From Eledone cirrhosa (lineage: Eukaryota), in contig OZ024740.1 in the NCBI GenBank assembly GCA_964016885.1, positions 322,710,001-322,774,000 on the forward strand: DNA of 64,000 nt, written 5' to 3'. Position 1 is the first letter of the stretch, and every line of letters starts with the position of its first letter. Positions 1 through 12,501 of the stretch are shown one piece after another. Both the position numbers and the translations under genes were made by a program. The notes beneath the pieces were generated by a model. It searched no databases. It saw only the letters and a list, made by a program, of their open reading frames with translations, and had not been told where the DNA came from.

Positions 1-420
1 TTCTCTGATCTCTGAGCTACGCACTCTATCAAGTAACGTTACTTCCATTGCCGATATTATCTTCTGGTCGCAACTCCTGACAGAAAGAAGCGAGATTGGG
101 AATCAAAACACACATATCCCATCCGACTCTTTAACAATTCCGCCAATCTACCACTACATACACTATTATTTTATTTATCAACACTGACACGATGAAAGCC
201 AATATTGACCTCAAAAAGATTTGAATTTTGTGACTCGGGCAGGGTGGTCTCTGAAATTAGTCTGAGTTCATTATCAACAAGCTGAGTTCGAACCTTCACT
301 GCGATGAACATTAGGATGAGTCCACGGCCATTGCCGCAGTCTGTTATGTCTCTCCCCTACTTGGAGATGATAACAATAAAGACGAAACAGGGAAAGATAA
401 TTCAGTGCTACATACAGCTC

Positions 421-651
421 CTAATCTCTCACCGCCCAAAACTGCAGCCGATCCTTTGGTTTCTTGTCAAAAAGATTTCCCCTAAATATGTGGAATTTTC
501 CTTTCCTCCACTTCCAAACCATGGCGGTTCTGTGAGCAGAAGTCCCGTTCAAAAAGTATCGATCGACTCTACCCGCCATATACCCATTGCATACACCACA
601 CTGCATACATTTGACAGAATACTTCCACCTTCAAAACATCTGTGTATAGAA
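421..651 (-). other. Candidate terminal exon of an unidentified host gene
   Basis: Minus strand reads CTAAC (branch-like) ...ccttcacAG| at 652, followed by non-repetitive sequence. One frame gives SIHRCFEGGSILSNVCSVVYAMGIWRVESIDTF*; another runs WKYSVKCMQCGVCNGY...QFWAVRD* to 421. No homologue recognised. Confidence 0.3.
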
Positions 652-706
652 CTGTGAAGGTGCATGGATTAATTGTTAGGGTGTTAAGCTCATGATGTAT
701 GAAAGG

Positions 707-2225
707 ACAGCTGGTGATAACCTCTGTGTGGGAATGGACGGTGGGTGATATCATCTGTGAAGGAATGGACGGTGGGTGATATCATCTGTGAAGGTGTGGA
801 CAGTGGGTGATATCATCTGTGAAGGTGTGGACGGTGGATGATATCGTCTGTGTATGTGTAGACGGTGGGTGATATCATCTGTGTATGTGTGGACGGTGGG
901 TGATATCATCTGTGAAGGTGTGGACGGTGGGTGATATCATCTGTGTAGGAATGGACGGTGGGTGATATCATCTGTGAAGGTGTGGACGGTGGGTGATATC
1001 ATCTGTGTATGTGTGGACGGTGGGTGATATCGTCTGTATATGTGTGGACGGTGGGTGATATCATCTGTGTATGTGTGGACGGTGGGTGATATCATCTGTG
1101 AAGGTGTGGACGGTGGGTGATATCATCTGTGAAGGTGTGGACGGTGGGTGATATCATCTGTGTATGTGTGGACGGTGGGTGATATCATCTGTGAAGGTGT
1201 GGACGGTGGGTGATATCATCTGTGTAGGAATGGACGGTGGGTGATATCATCTGTGAAGGTGTGGACGGTGGGTGATATCATCTGTGTATGTGTGGACGGT
1301 GGGTGATATCATCTGTGTATGTGTGGACGGTGGGTGATATCATCTGTGTATGTGTGGACGGTGGGTGATATCGTCTGTATATGTGTGGACGGTGGGTGAT
1401 ATCATCTGTGTAGGTGTGGACGGTGGGTGATATCATCTGTGAAGGTGTGGACGGTGGGTGATATCATCTGTGTAGGAATGGACGGTGGGTGATATCATCT
1501 GTGAAGGTGTGGACGGTGGGTGATATCATCTGTGTAGGTGTGAACGGTGGGTGATATCATCTGTGTATGTGTGGGCGGTGGGTGATATCATCTGTGTATG
1601 TGTGGACGGTGGGTGATATCATCTGTGTATGTGTGGACGGTGGGTGATATCGTCTGTATATGTGTGGACGGTGGGTGATATCATCTGTGTAGGTGTGGAC
1701 GGTGGGTGATATCATCTGTGTAGGTGTGGACGGTGGGTGATATCGTCTGTGTATGTGTGGACGGTGGGTGATATCATCTGTGTAGGTGTGGACGGTGGGT
1801 GATATCGTCTGTGTATGTGTGGACGGTGGGTGATATCGTCTATGTATGTGTGGACGGTGGGTGATATCATCTGTGTAGGTGTGGACGGTGGGTGATATCA
1901 TCTGTGTAGGTGTGGACGGTGGGTGATATCATCTGTGTAGGTGTGGACGGTGGGTGATATCGTCTGTGTATGTGTGGACGGTGGGTGATATCATCTGTGT
2001 AGGTGTGGACGGTGGGTGATATCGTCTGTGTATGTGTGGACGGTGGGTGATATCGTCTATGTATGTGTGGACGGTGGGTGATATCGTGTGTAGGAGAGTT
2101 GATGGGGTGGAGTGATATCATCTGTGTAGGAGTGGATAGGGGTGGGGTGATAACATCTGTGTAGGAGTTGATGGGCTGGGAGGTGGGGGGGGGGTGTGCT
2201 AACATCTGTGTAGGTGTGGACGGCG
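707..2225. repeat. 31-bp minisatellite (GGACGGTGGGTGATATCATCTGTGWAKGTGT)n, roughly 45-49 units
   Basis: 31-bp period read directly (GGAC at 736, 767, ...); edges degenerate. Confidence 0.95.
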
Positions 2226-2555
2226 TTGCTGGATGTAACAGGTTAGTGATGTATAGTAAGAGAGAAAGAAGAAAAGAAGGAAGCAAGATAAGGTAAAATA
2301 GAAAAGAAAGAAGATGAATAGAAAAAGAAGGAAAAGGAGGAAAAGTGAAAGAAGGAAGAAAAGGAGGAAAGAGACAAAAAGGATGAAAGAATTAAAGAGA
2401 GAATGAAATAATGTATGTGAATTCGTTGTTATGTGGCGGAAATTAAATATAAGTTATTATTTTAATCAGCTTTCGGGGTCGTTCTGGTATAATTAGCGCA
2501 CTCAAACTTGATGTCATGCAGTATTAAGTGTGTTGTCTTACAGTTTCATTGTGAA

Positions 2556-2872
2556 GCCATGTGGTTTAGGGGTAAGTGTGGTCAACCCAAGATCTTAAGT
2601 TCGTGGGTTTGTTTCCCTATCGGTGCAGTGTGTCCTTGTTCAAAACAGCTTATTTCACGTTGAATCAGTTTAATCAGTTGGCAAATATGTTGTACTTGAA
2701 ATTCACAAAAGCCAGCCTTGTAAACATTCTGTGTCTCACTGAATTTCCCTATGATATACGTTAAGGATACACGTGTTTGTGGAACGCCCAGGCACGTGCA
2801 TGTAAATTTCATGGGCTATATATTCCGTTGGTGAAACAACTGGTACACTCCTCGTCGGAACCGACGGAGGTA
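2556..2872 (+). mobile_element. Old tRNA-derived SINE (CORE-like family)
   Basis: Decayed tRNA-like head and a CORE-like GTGTCCTTG motif; 3' body is homologous to the inverted copy at about 15352-15660. Confidence 0.6.
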
Positions 2873-3390
2873 CAACACAGTTTCATTTCATATTATATTC
2901 TTTATTTTAACCTCTTATCTGTGTTGAAGTAAAATATATACTGTTGTATATCACTAGAGCTATAGATGGTTGTGGAGACAGACACCTAAAATATCGATAA
3001 CTTACACAACAGGTGGTGGTAGTGGAGGTGATGGTGGTGGTGGCAGTGGTATTGTTGGTGGTGGTGAGGAAAGAACGTTGATTTAAATCGATTCAAGTAC
3101 TTGATTGGAACTTTATTGTATCGATATCAGTACATGACTGGTACTTTATTTTATCGAACTGGGACGGATGAAAGACAGAGAAGACTTCGGTGGGATTTGA
3201 ACACAGAGCGTAAAGACACGGAACAAAGCGTAAAGACACGGAACAAACGACACAAGGGATGTTTTCTCACACTCTTTGTTATAGATATAATAAAACCCTA
3301 TCTATGGGATTCGAACTGGTGATAATACAATCGGAAATCTGTCTCGGTTACGACCATAAAACGAATAAAAAATACAAATAGATGAATAAT

Positions 3391-3578
3391 AATTGTTTCT
3401 ACTTTTAGCACAAGGCCAGTAATTATCCCAGTACGTTACTGGTACGTTCTTTTATCAACCTCGTAAGGATGAAAGGCAAAGTTAATCTCGGCGGGATTTG
3501 AACTCAGGTCGTAAAGGACGTAATTCTATGGTGTAAAGCATGGCCTCCGATCCTCTACCGATACTGCCAATCCACCAC
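3391..3578 (-). mobile_element. tRNA-derived SINE, family A
   Basis: Reverse complement has A-box TGGCAGTATCGG, B-box GAGTTCAAATCCC and the body motif TTTGCCTTTCATCCTTACG shared with 9 other copies. Confidence 0.9.
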
Positions 3579-3791
3579 GAATAATAATACGCATGTTTTG
3601 TAGATTAAGGACAATAAGGATTTACCAAAAAATATGTAATCATTCGGCTCCGGGTTCTAGTTCACAGCGTGACATCTTGAACAAGTGTCATTTATCATAT
3701 CCTTGCGGAAAAAATTAGGAAAAGAGTAACTGTTTGGAATCACGTATTGTGTCACACCAATACTCTCTGAAAACTTTAAGGGTACACGTGC

Positions 3792-3841
<50 letters not shown>

Positions 3842-4008
3842 GGCTTTCTTCCTCAGAATAAATGTTTGTGTGTTTGTGTATGTATATGTGTGCGTGATTG
3901 TGCATGTTTGCGCACAATTATGCCATATATATATATATATATATATACATGTGTACGTGTGTTTAATGTGCGTGTGTATAATACATGTGTGTGAGTGTTT
4001 GTGTGTGT

Positions 4009-4064
<56 letters not shown>

Positions 4065-4305
4065 TAAAAGAAAAACCACTTGATATTGTTGTTGATTTCT
4101 CGGATGAAAAATGAACGCTAAAAGGATGACGTCACCCACTGCAGTCCTTAAGGAAAATTAAAGGAATAATTTCCGCAACGGAAGTGGATGGGATTAAAAC
4201 ATCGTGAGAAGACCATGTTGGCAGGGAAGGGAGGTAACTGTAACTATGGCAGGGAAGGGAGGTAACTGGTTGAGGGAGGTTGTGGTAGAGTGTCTTAATG
4301 CAGAT

Positions 4306-4365
<60 letters not shown>

Positions 4366-4748
4366 AGAAATAGAGATATATGAGAGAAATAGGGGATATA
4401 TATATGTGTGTATGTGTGTGTGTGTGTGTATGTGTGTGCGTATGCGTGTTTAACACACACACACACATATATATATGAGAGAGAAATACAGAGATAGAAA
4501 GAAAGATGCTATAACGATATGAATAGATAAAGAAAGAAGGAAAGAAGAAGGAAGGGAAGAAAGAAGGAAAGTGAAAGAGGAGATGAGGGAGGGGGATAAA
4601 TATGGAGAGGGGGAGGATTGGAGTGATATGATTCAATTAAAAGAGTAGGAGATAGGAATGAAAAGTTAGATAAAAGAAGAAAGACGAAAGATAGATATAT
4701 AGAGAGACAGACAGATAGATAGATAGATATGGATATAAATATATATAT

Positions 4749-4859
<111 letters not shown>

Positions 4860-5140
4860 AATAGATAAATAGACAAATAGATAGATGGATAGATTGAAAG
4901 GGAGATACAAGTGTTAGAGGGGCTTAAGCGATACACGTATAAACACAATACACTCTCACCCGCACACCACATACACATACACACATACACACTTACACGC
5001 TCACATACACACACATATATATGCACATACAAATTTCTTTGAAGGAGGTCCTATTTCAAATGTGAGAACTCTCCTCCTGGCACACCAATGTATCTTATTT
5101 TACAATATAATATATATATATATATATGTATATATATGTA

Positions 5141-5238
<98 letters not shown>

Positions 5239-7130
5239 TATATATATATATATAGAGAGAGAGAGAGGGGGGAGGGAGGGGGGAGAGAGAGAGGTAGAAA
5301 GAGTAAAAGCCAGCAGAGAAGCAACAAGTTTAAACTGGATAAAAGAACAGATTCTGCAGAAACAACAACAACAACACAATCATAAATCACCCCTCCCCTC
5401 CAGTCGCGCTCTATCCCCGCTATCACCAAAACACATTATAAGATGAATTAATGCAAAATGTAAAATAAATCAAACGGAAAAGAATATTAAAAAATTGATA
5501 CATTAAACAACAAAATGATTTAAATAAATCGGTAAAGTTCAATAATTAAAAATTGTAACATCAAACAAAAAATAATAAAATCATGAAATATAACAACAAA
5601 AATTTAAAAAAATGTCTTTCAAGACGTAAATAGTATGGAGGAGGGATTTATCTGTTGTTGTTGTTGAGTGGATCTAGAAAACAAAGGGAGATCAATCTTG
5701 TAAAAATAATAAACCAAATAAAATAGTACTAAAAATGTATAAATATATAAATATATTTTTGGAGAGGAAAATAGTAAAAATAGAAATAAATTATCAAAAA
5801 TAAACTATTTTAAATATTAATAATTCATTTTAATAGTAATTTATTTTAAATATTAATATTTATTTCATTAATAATTATTTTAATAATAATTATTATTTCA
5901 ATAATAATTATTATTTTAATAATGTTAATTTATCTTAATAATGAGAGTTATTTTAATAACAATAAATTCTTTTGATATTAGTTTATTTAAAATAGTAGCA
6001 ATATAATTTGAGGTAAGTAGGATATTATCAACTGGGTATAATGGCATTGTTGATGTTTTTCTTGTTGTTTAACCTCAGGTCAGTGCTAATGAATCAGTGA
6101 TCTAGGATCAAAGTTAATTCAATGGTGACCAGCCCATTGAGACATTATAATATCATGTGGAAGGTCAACGTCACCTTTCATTCTTTTGTTGTCGATAAAT
6201 AAAGAAGCAGGCATGTATGTCGTGGCTTCCTAATCTATATCTCTTTTTTTCTCTAGAAGAAATCAGCTGTGTTCAGACCTGAAATATGATGGGTTCCACC
6301 AGGTTTAAATGTCCATGATACGCCGCATATCACTACGGTGCCTTTACGACTAAATCAAAAGCTAAGGGTCATGACATCACACTATCATCACACTATCATC
6401 AGATCATAATAACATTGTTAGTATGTAACGCTTAAGGAGAAATGAACCACAGCTTTACCGAATGCTGAAATGTTGTGTTCAATTCTGTCCTAATGTTTCT
6501 ATCTCAAAAATTTATATCTTCAATTTTATCCAGCTATCTCATAATTAATATGCGTTGTAGTTGTCTTTGCAAAAGTAAAGCATACTCTTTAAATATCATT
6601 GTTGTTGTTATAATTGTTTAAACTCAGGTCAATGATGATTTAGCAGTGACCTATGATCGAAGGTGTTTCATTCGTCGTTATCTCATGGTTTATTCAGACA
6701 GTGTACTTATGAATACAATATATAGCATCAATAACATCATGTGGAAGCTCAACTTTACTTTTTGTCCTTTTGTGGTCGATAAATAAAGTAACAGATGGTG
6801 GTTTCATCAGCTATATCACATTCGTAACCACTCCCTCTCTCTATTTCTTTCTCTAGAAAAATGACTGCAAGTACAACTGCCGAATGTTGTCGTTGCAGAT
6901 TATATAGAAACTATGTAACATGACGGCTGCAGCCTGATGACTTCTGTCATCCCTATACCAGTAATTGGTGCAGGTCGGTGGTTATTTTGCCGAAAGGGTT
7001 GGGACACGGTTTAGAAGGACGTGTTTGGTTTAACCCTCCCTTGAGCGGTTTAGTTCGGGTCAATGAGGCCAAATATAAGAGTATATATTACCTTTGCTTG
7101 AGTTCAGGTTAAGACAATTGACAGCCTCAG

Positions 7131-7161
<31 letters not shown>

Positions 7162-7177
7162 CATACATACATACAAA

Positions 7178-9713
7178 ATTAAGGAAGTATCGATGACAAA
7201 CAACGAGAAAGGTAAACAAACTTTATTCAGTTGTGGCTACAGAAGAAACCGAAATTATAAATCGCATTTCTCTTGGAGTTGCGAACTTAATAATGATTTA
7301 TTTAATTGTTATAAAATGGCAAAAAACAATCCCTCCATTGGCTATATGAACAGAATGAAGCCACACTGGGACGAAATGCACCCAGAGCTCAATTATTTCA
7401 CAGCGAAATAATTACGCCAACAAGCGACGTTTGTTGAGCGTAAAAACAAGATAAATATTATTAATTGTAAGTCCCCCACAACAAACATGGGATCAACAAC
7501 ACGTGCTACAGGTCGCCATGCTACTAGACTTCCTAGCAGCCATGTTGAACATTGCCTTGAAGCAACTATGCCTGTAAGAAACTTGACACCACCTGTACCA
7601 TCTAAGTCTACCTCGAATGCTGGGGAAAACACTATCGATAATAATAATAATCGAAGAAATAATAATAATAATCGAAGAAATTTGACACCACGTGTACCAT
7701 CCGAGTCTACCTCGACTGTTGTGGAAAATACTATCGATAATGATAATAATCCAGAGAGAAATTAATTCATGTATAAATATCTCTCTTGCTGAACGTATTA
7801 AAACGACAATATTTAATAAAAAACAAATAATGAAATATTACGTGTTATTGACGAAATAGGGGATGAATATTTACGACGGATAAAAACCCCAACATTTTGA
7901 CAAATCAACGCCTGTTTATATGCCTTAGCAATGACAGTGAAGCATTATCTTGGTGATAGCAGAGATATTAACAAGAACAAAACACCACCAAATATACCAT
8001 TATATATAACTAAAATAGAAAAAAAGATTGCTGACCTACGAAAAAACATAGGATATGTGACAATGCTCCTTACATGCAAACAAACACAAAAAACCCTCAC
8101 CCCTCACCAACAAAGAGTGGAAAATAAAATAGAGACGATGTTTGGTAACAGTAGAACCAGAACTCTTCAATATAAGCTGATCACCCTCAAATAAGAATTG
8201 AGAGCTGTTAGCGAATAACGCCGATACCTGAAGAAGGTAGACGAGAGAAAACTGCTTAATAAAAGATTCAGACAAAACCAAGCAACAGTCTATAGAGATA
8301 TGAAGAACAAAATAAGTGTCACTGAGGCCTCATCCCAGAAAGACATAGATTCTTTTTGGAGAAAAAATATGGGGTGAAAAGAAGAATTTCAACCAAGATG
8401 CAGTGTGGCTAAAAGAAATCCGAAAGAACTATTGCTCCTACACTACAACAAAAACATACGAAATAAGTGAGGGTACCCTTGAGACTGTGGTATGAAAACT
8501 CTAAGATAAGAAAACAAGAAAAAACCAGGAAGAGACATGATTGTCGGCTACTGGTACAAAAAAACTGATATTCTATCGGAGGTATCTTACTGACCTCTAC
8601 CAACAAGTTCTTAAGGGAGATACACTTATACCAGAATGGTTGACATTAGCACAAACATTACTGGTCCTCAAGAACAAAGACACCCACTTGACAAAAAACT
8701 ACCGACCATTGCATGCCAGAACCTGATGTATAAGATGTATACATCAGGAGCACGTCTCTCGAGCAAATCTATCTGCAAGAAACAGATAAGATCATTAGAG
8801 TTGGGAAGGAATTCCTCGAGAGATATTCCCTGTATGATAATCAAAAACTCACACCCAAGGAAGTCGCTCAGCAGTATCGCAGTGAATCCATGGGTGAAAA
8901 ACTGCATGCTTATCAGCAAAGGATCATGCATGGATATGTTGCCAGGAAGCTCCAGAGTGAGAGTAATATAAATAAGGAAAGTAGTCTATCTTGGACCAAC
9001 AACCGCTATATTGGCTCCCACTTTGAAAGATACGCTTTTGCAATCCAAGAACAGGAAATTAACACGAAATACCTGATTCACAAAAGAGATAGGGTTGCAG
9101 GCAAAACACCTAGATGTACATAATATGAAAGAGTACTAGTGCAATGTTCCAGTAAAAACCCCAATAAAATGCAGGCATAACAGACCAGATATTATGATAA
9201 GGGACAGGGAGAATAAAGCATGCACAGTAGTGGAAATTAGCTGCCCAGCAGATACCAATATAATATCAAAGATTAGCAAAAAGGAGAATATTTATGCAAA
9301 ACTGGTGAGAAATCTGCTGATACTCCACTCTGATTACACCTTCAGATTTATGCCTGTGATACAAATCTTGAGAAGCTAGGCTTCACAGGAACAGAAAGAA
9401 CACAACTAGTTAGGAAATTACAAGTACAATCCATTAATGGAACAGTAAAAATATGGAAAACATTCCAAAAATGTTGCATCTAATAACTGCATATACACAT
9501 GTACAGATGCAAAGCATATACACATGCACACATACGACTCAAAACATCCACATCCACACATGCAATAACATCCATATCTACACATGCATGCAGGCATGCA
9601 TACATAATCTACCTAGTTGATGTTGTGTAAATTCCAATGTGAGAGTCTTGTAACTATGTTAGAAACCGACTCTTTCTCTATTGGCAAAAAAATTGTGAAA
9701 TTATAAAACCAGA
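7178..9713 (+). mobile_element. RLE-type non-LTR retrotransposon (R4/Dong-like), copy 1, internally deleted
   Basis: Colinear with 27961-31216. Retains PGRD..GYWYKK, NYRP(I)ACQN, NRPDI and VEISCP. RT core and zinc knuckle are deleted. Flanked on both sides by (CATA)n. Confidence 0.9.
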
Positions 9714-9767
9714 ACATACATACATACGTACATACGTACGTACATACGTACATACGTACATACATAT

Positions 9768-10376
9768 ATGGTGGCTGCCAACTCGTTTTCGAGTACGGCC
9801 ACTACTCTATATGTAGGAGAACCCCTACCGATGCGCTGAACGAGTGTGAATTTTTAGTCCAGCCAGCGACTTGAAAACTCTGGTAGGTACAAACGCTACA
9901 CTTGTGACAATTATTGACACATAGTGCTGGGCCCATGGTACCATGTGATGACAAGTGCAGAGAGATCTCCAGATATAAAGCAATGCCTGTGCCGTGAAGC
10001 TTTTATAGTGAGGAAAGGCACTGCACAAAGCCAGTCCCACTCTCTTAACCAAGATGATATTTACCAAAAAGAAGAACAAGTCAACATCATTGGATACAAT
10101 CAGGGTTGCAGGGTTTATATCAGAGTTTTCCTTCTCCTACAATTCTGCCTTGACAAAGGCTAAGGGGTCATCTCTCCCGGTGATTTTGGATGGCCATTGA
10201 CTCTTAAGAGCTCCTTTGCCCTTTGACAGGTTTTGTTTTTAGTCCTGCAGGATGTCCAAAGTCACCCTCCTCACCAAGAAACCTTGGTGGGGTTGCCAGT
10301 TTAGTCGCCAACGACTCGACCATGAGACAGGTTGTACTGGGATACATGTTACCAGTAGCACCAACTGGTGACCTGA
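9768..10376 (-). mobile_element. Bipartite RTE-derived non-autonomous retroelement (~610 bp), copy 1
   Basis: Near-identical to 23597-24208. 3' end encodes a C2H2 finger remnant (..TRVFKSLAGLKIHTRSAHR*) followed by an (ATGT)n tail on the minus strand. Confidence 0.75.
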
Positions 10377-11058
10377 CATATATACATACATACGTACGTA
10401 CATACATGCATACGTACGTACATATATATATATATACATACATACGTACATACATGCATACGTACATATATATATATACATACATACGTACGTACATACA
10501 TACATACGTACGTACATACATACGTACATACATACATACATACATACGTACGTACGTACGTACATATATAGATAACATACACACGTACATACATACATAC
10601 GTACATACATACATACATAAGTACGTACGAACGTACATACATACATACATACGTACGTACATACATACATACATACATACATACATACATACATACATAC
10701 ATACATACATACATACGTACATGCATACATAAACACACACACATATATTCAAAAGAGGGATAAGTTTTACATGTTTATGTAACGTTGATCTCCCTCTTCT
10801 GTTTTTTCTTTATTCCCTACATACCTACCTAGTCGATATGATAGACTATGATTTATATGTATTTTCCTTCTATGTAGAGAAAAAAATGTTGTATCGTGCT
10901 GCTATTTCTAGTAACATGAAATATCAACAAGTCTATAATTCCCGCTTTTTCTTACGCCCTATTTATGTGTGGGTCACTTTAACGGCCTGACCTCATGCAC
11001 CGGGAAGAAAGCGATATATTTACTACTACGAAGCTTTGTGCCTTGTGGTTTGGAAATA

Positions 11059-11138
11059 GCTGTCTGAAGAGCTGATTCTTTCCATTGGAAATTCTCTGAA
11101 TTTCCAATCTTTTGATAAGAGAAACCGTCGGTCACAGC
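11059..11138 (+). ncRNA. Hammerhead ribozyme-like motif with extended stem II
   Basis: GCUGU-CUGAAGA-[UUGGAAAUUC/GAAUUUCCAA hairpin]-GAAA-CCGUCGG-UC-ACAGC. Stem I is 5 bp, stem III is ACC/GGU, GUC site present; the base of stem II is imperfect. Confidence 0.7.
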
Positions 11139-11231
11139 ACTAGAACAGGTGAATATTTAAATCGTATTTTAATTTATTTAAAAGATTGTTTAATGTTTGC
11201 TTGTTCCGCTCATTTATATATATATATATAT

Positions 11232-11421
11232 ATAGGAAAAAGTTTAACTCCGACGGCAGAGCTCAAGCCGTTTCGACGGCTAGTCCAGAAATAGCCGTCG
11301 AAACGGCTTGAGCTCTGCCGTCGGGGTTAAAGTTTTTCCTATTACACACCCTACTACCCTACGTATCGAGTACTCTGGTGCCTTATGGTCCATCTGGTTC
11401 CTTACCACACTTCCTTCGTTA
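11232..11421 (+). mobile_element. Fold-back mini-element (PLE pseudo-LTR-like, inverted) in (TA)n
   Basis: About 51-bp inverted arms (11232-11282 and 11292-11342) plus an ~80-bp tail. Related copies at 19301, 25698 and 32281. Confidence 0.8.
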
Positions 11422-11652
11422 TATATCTATCTATATATATATACACTATGTATAGCAAACCGTGTCACTCTTCTTTCTTATTTATCATTACTCCAAGTGT
11501 AAACAACATAGAAATCACCGCGTACTAGCAGCACCACCATGGAAACGCCTTGTTGAGTCAAACTTAGCCAAGCGTTGATACAATCCACTACTCGGAGTAC
11601 CCTAACTGGACTACACCTAAGTGGACTACCTATAACAATAATCTGTTATTCC

Positions 11653-11708
<56 letters not shown>

Positions 11709-11871
11709 TTAAGTATACTATTTATGGTTATGCAAATACAAAAACCGTTTGTAGTTATATATATTTTTATAAACCCTAAATAGTGGTAGGCAGTAATATA
11801 TTACTACCTTATTACCAGTAAGTTAAATAGCTCAATGTAATAACATCAGATGATTTACAGAGCAGTTATAA

Positions 11872-11929
<58 letters not shown>

Positions 11930-12288
11930 TATATAGATATATATATAGATAGATAGATATCTCTGTGTGAGTGTGTGTTTATACACGACACACACGCACA
12001 CACATACACACACGCACACATATATGAATACCAGGCATGAAAAAACAAATCCTAGGGTTGATATGATCGACTAAATCAAGGCAGTGCCCCAGCATGTACG
12101 GAGTATACTGACTGAAACAAGTATAAGTAGTGAATGAGAAGAATATGTGTGTTAGTTGACAGAAGCGGCGTGTAATGTGTTAACGTTGTCTTCTGAATTA
12201 AGCTGCAACAAAAGAAATTCTATGCTAAATTATTGATAGAAATTATTGACGCCAAAGATTTCTGCTATTCTCTCGCCCCCCCCCCCCC

Positions 12289-12383
<95 letters not shown>

Positions 12384-12470
12384 GGAAAAATTTGAACAGG
12401 GACAAAACAGAGAGGCAGTACAACGAATGTTTATTAATTTCACGCTCTGGAGAGTGGGGTGTTGGTGGGG

Positions 12471-12501
12471 GACGACGTTTCGGGCATAAGCCCTTCCTCA
12501 G
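12471..12501 (-). ncRNA. Minimal hammerhead core in a PLE pLTR-like fragment (~12372-12650)
   Basis: Reverse complement is CUGAGGA-A-GGGC-UUAU-GCCC-GAAACGUC, with AATAAA downstream. Stem I is not evident. Confidence 0.6.

Noticed and set aside
255-305. SECIS-like stem-loop (GUGAA..AA..) on the minus strand
   Set aside because: Helix II is only ~6 nt and the 3' GA quartet is not properly placed. The region may be SINE-derived.
707-2225. 31-bp repeats resembling a CRISPR array, and His/Pro/Thr ORFs
   Set aside because: Units are head-to-tail with no unique spacers, there are no cas genes, and the context is eukaryotic. The 31-bp period is not frame-preserving.
6287-6310. WVPPGL (PET-domain-like) peptide
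   Set aside because: Preceded by a stop codon with no further PET similarity; likely chance.
9770-9846. HDV-like ribozyme on the plus strand (GUGGCUG/CGGCCAC)
   Set aside because: Only 8 nt are available for P3/L3, and this is the element's 3' end on the minus strand.
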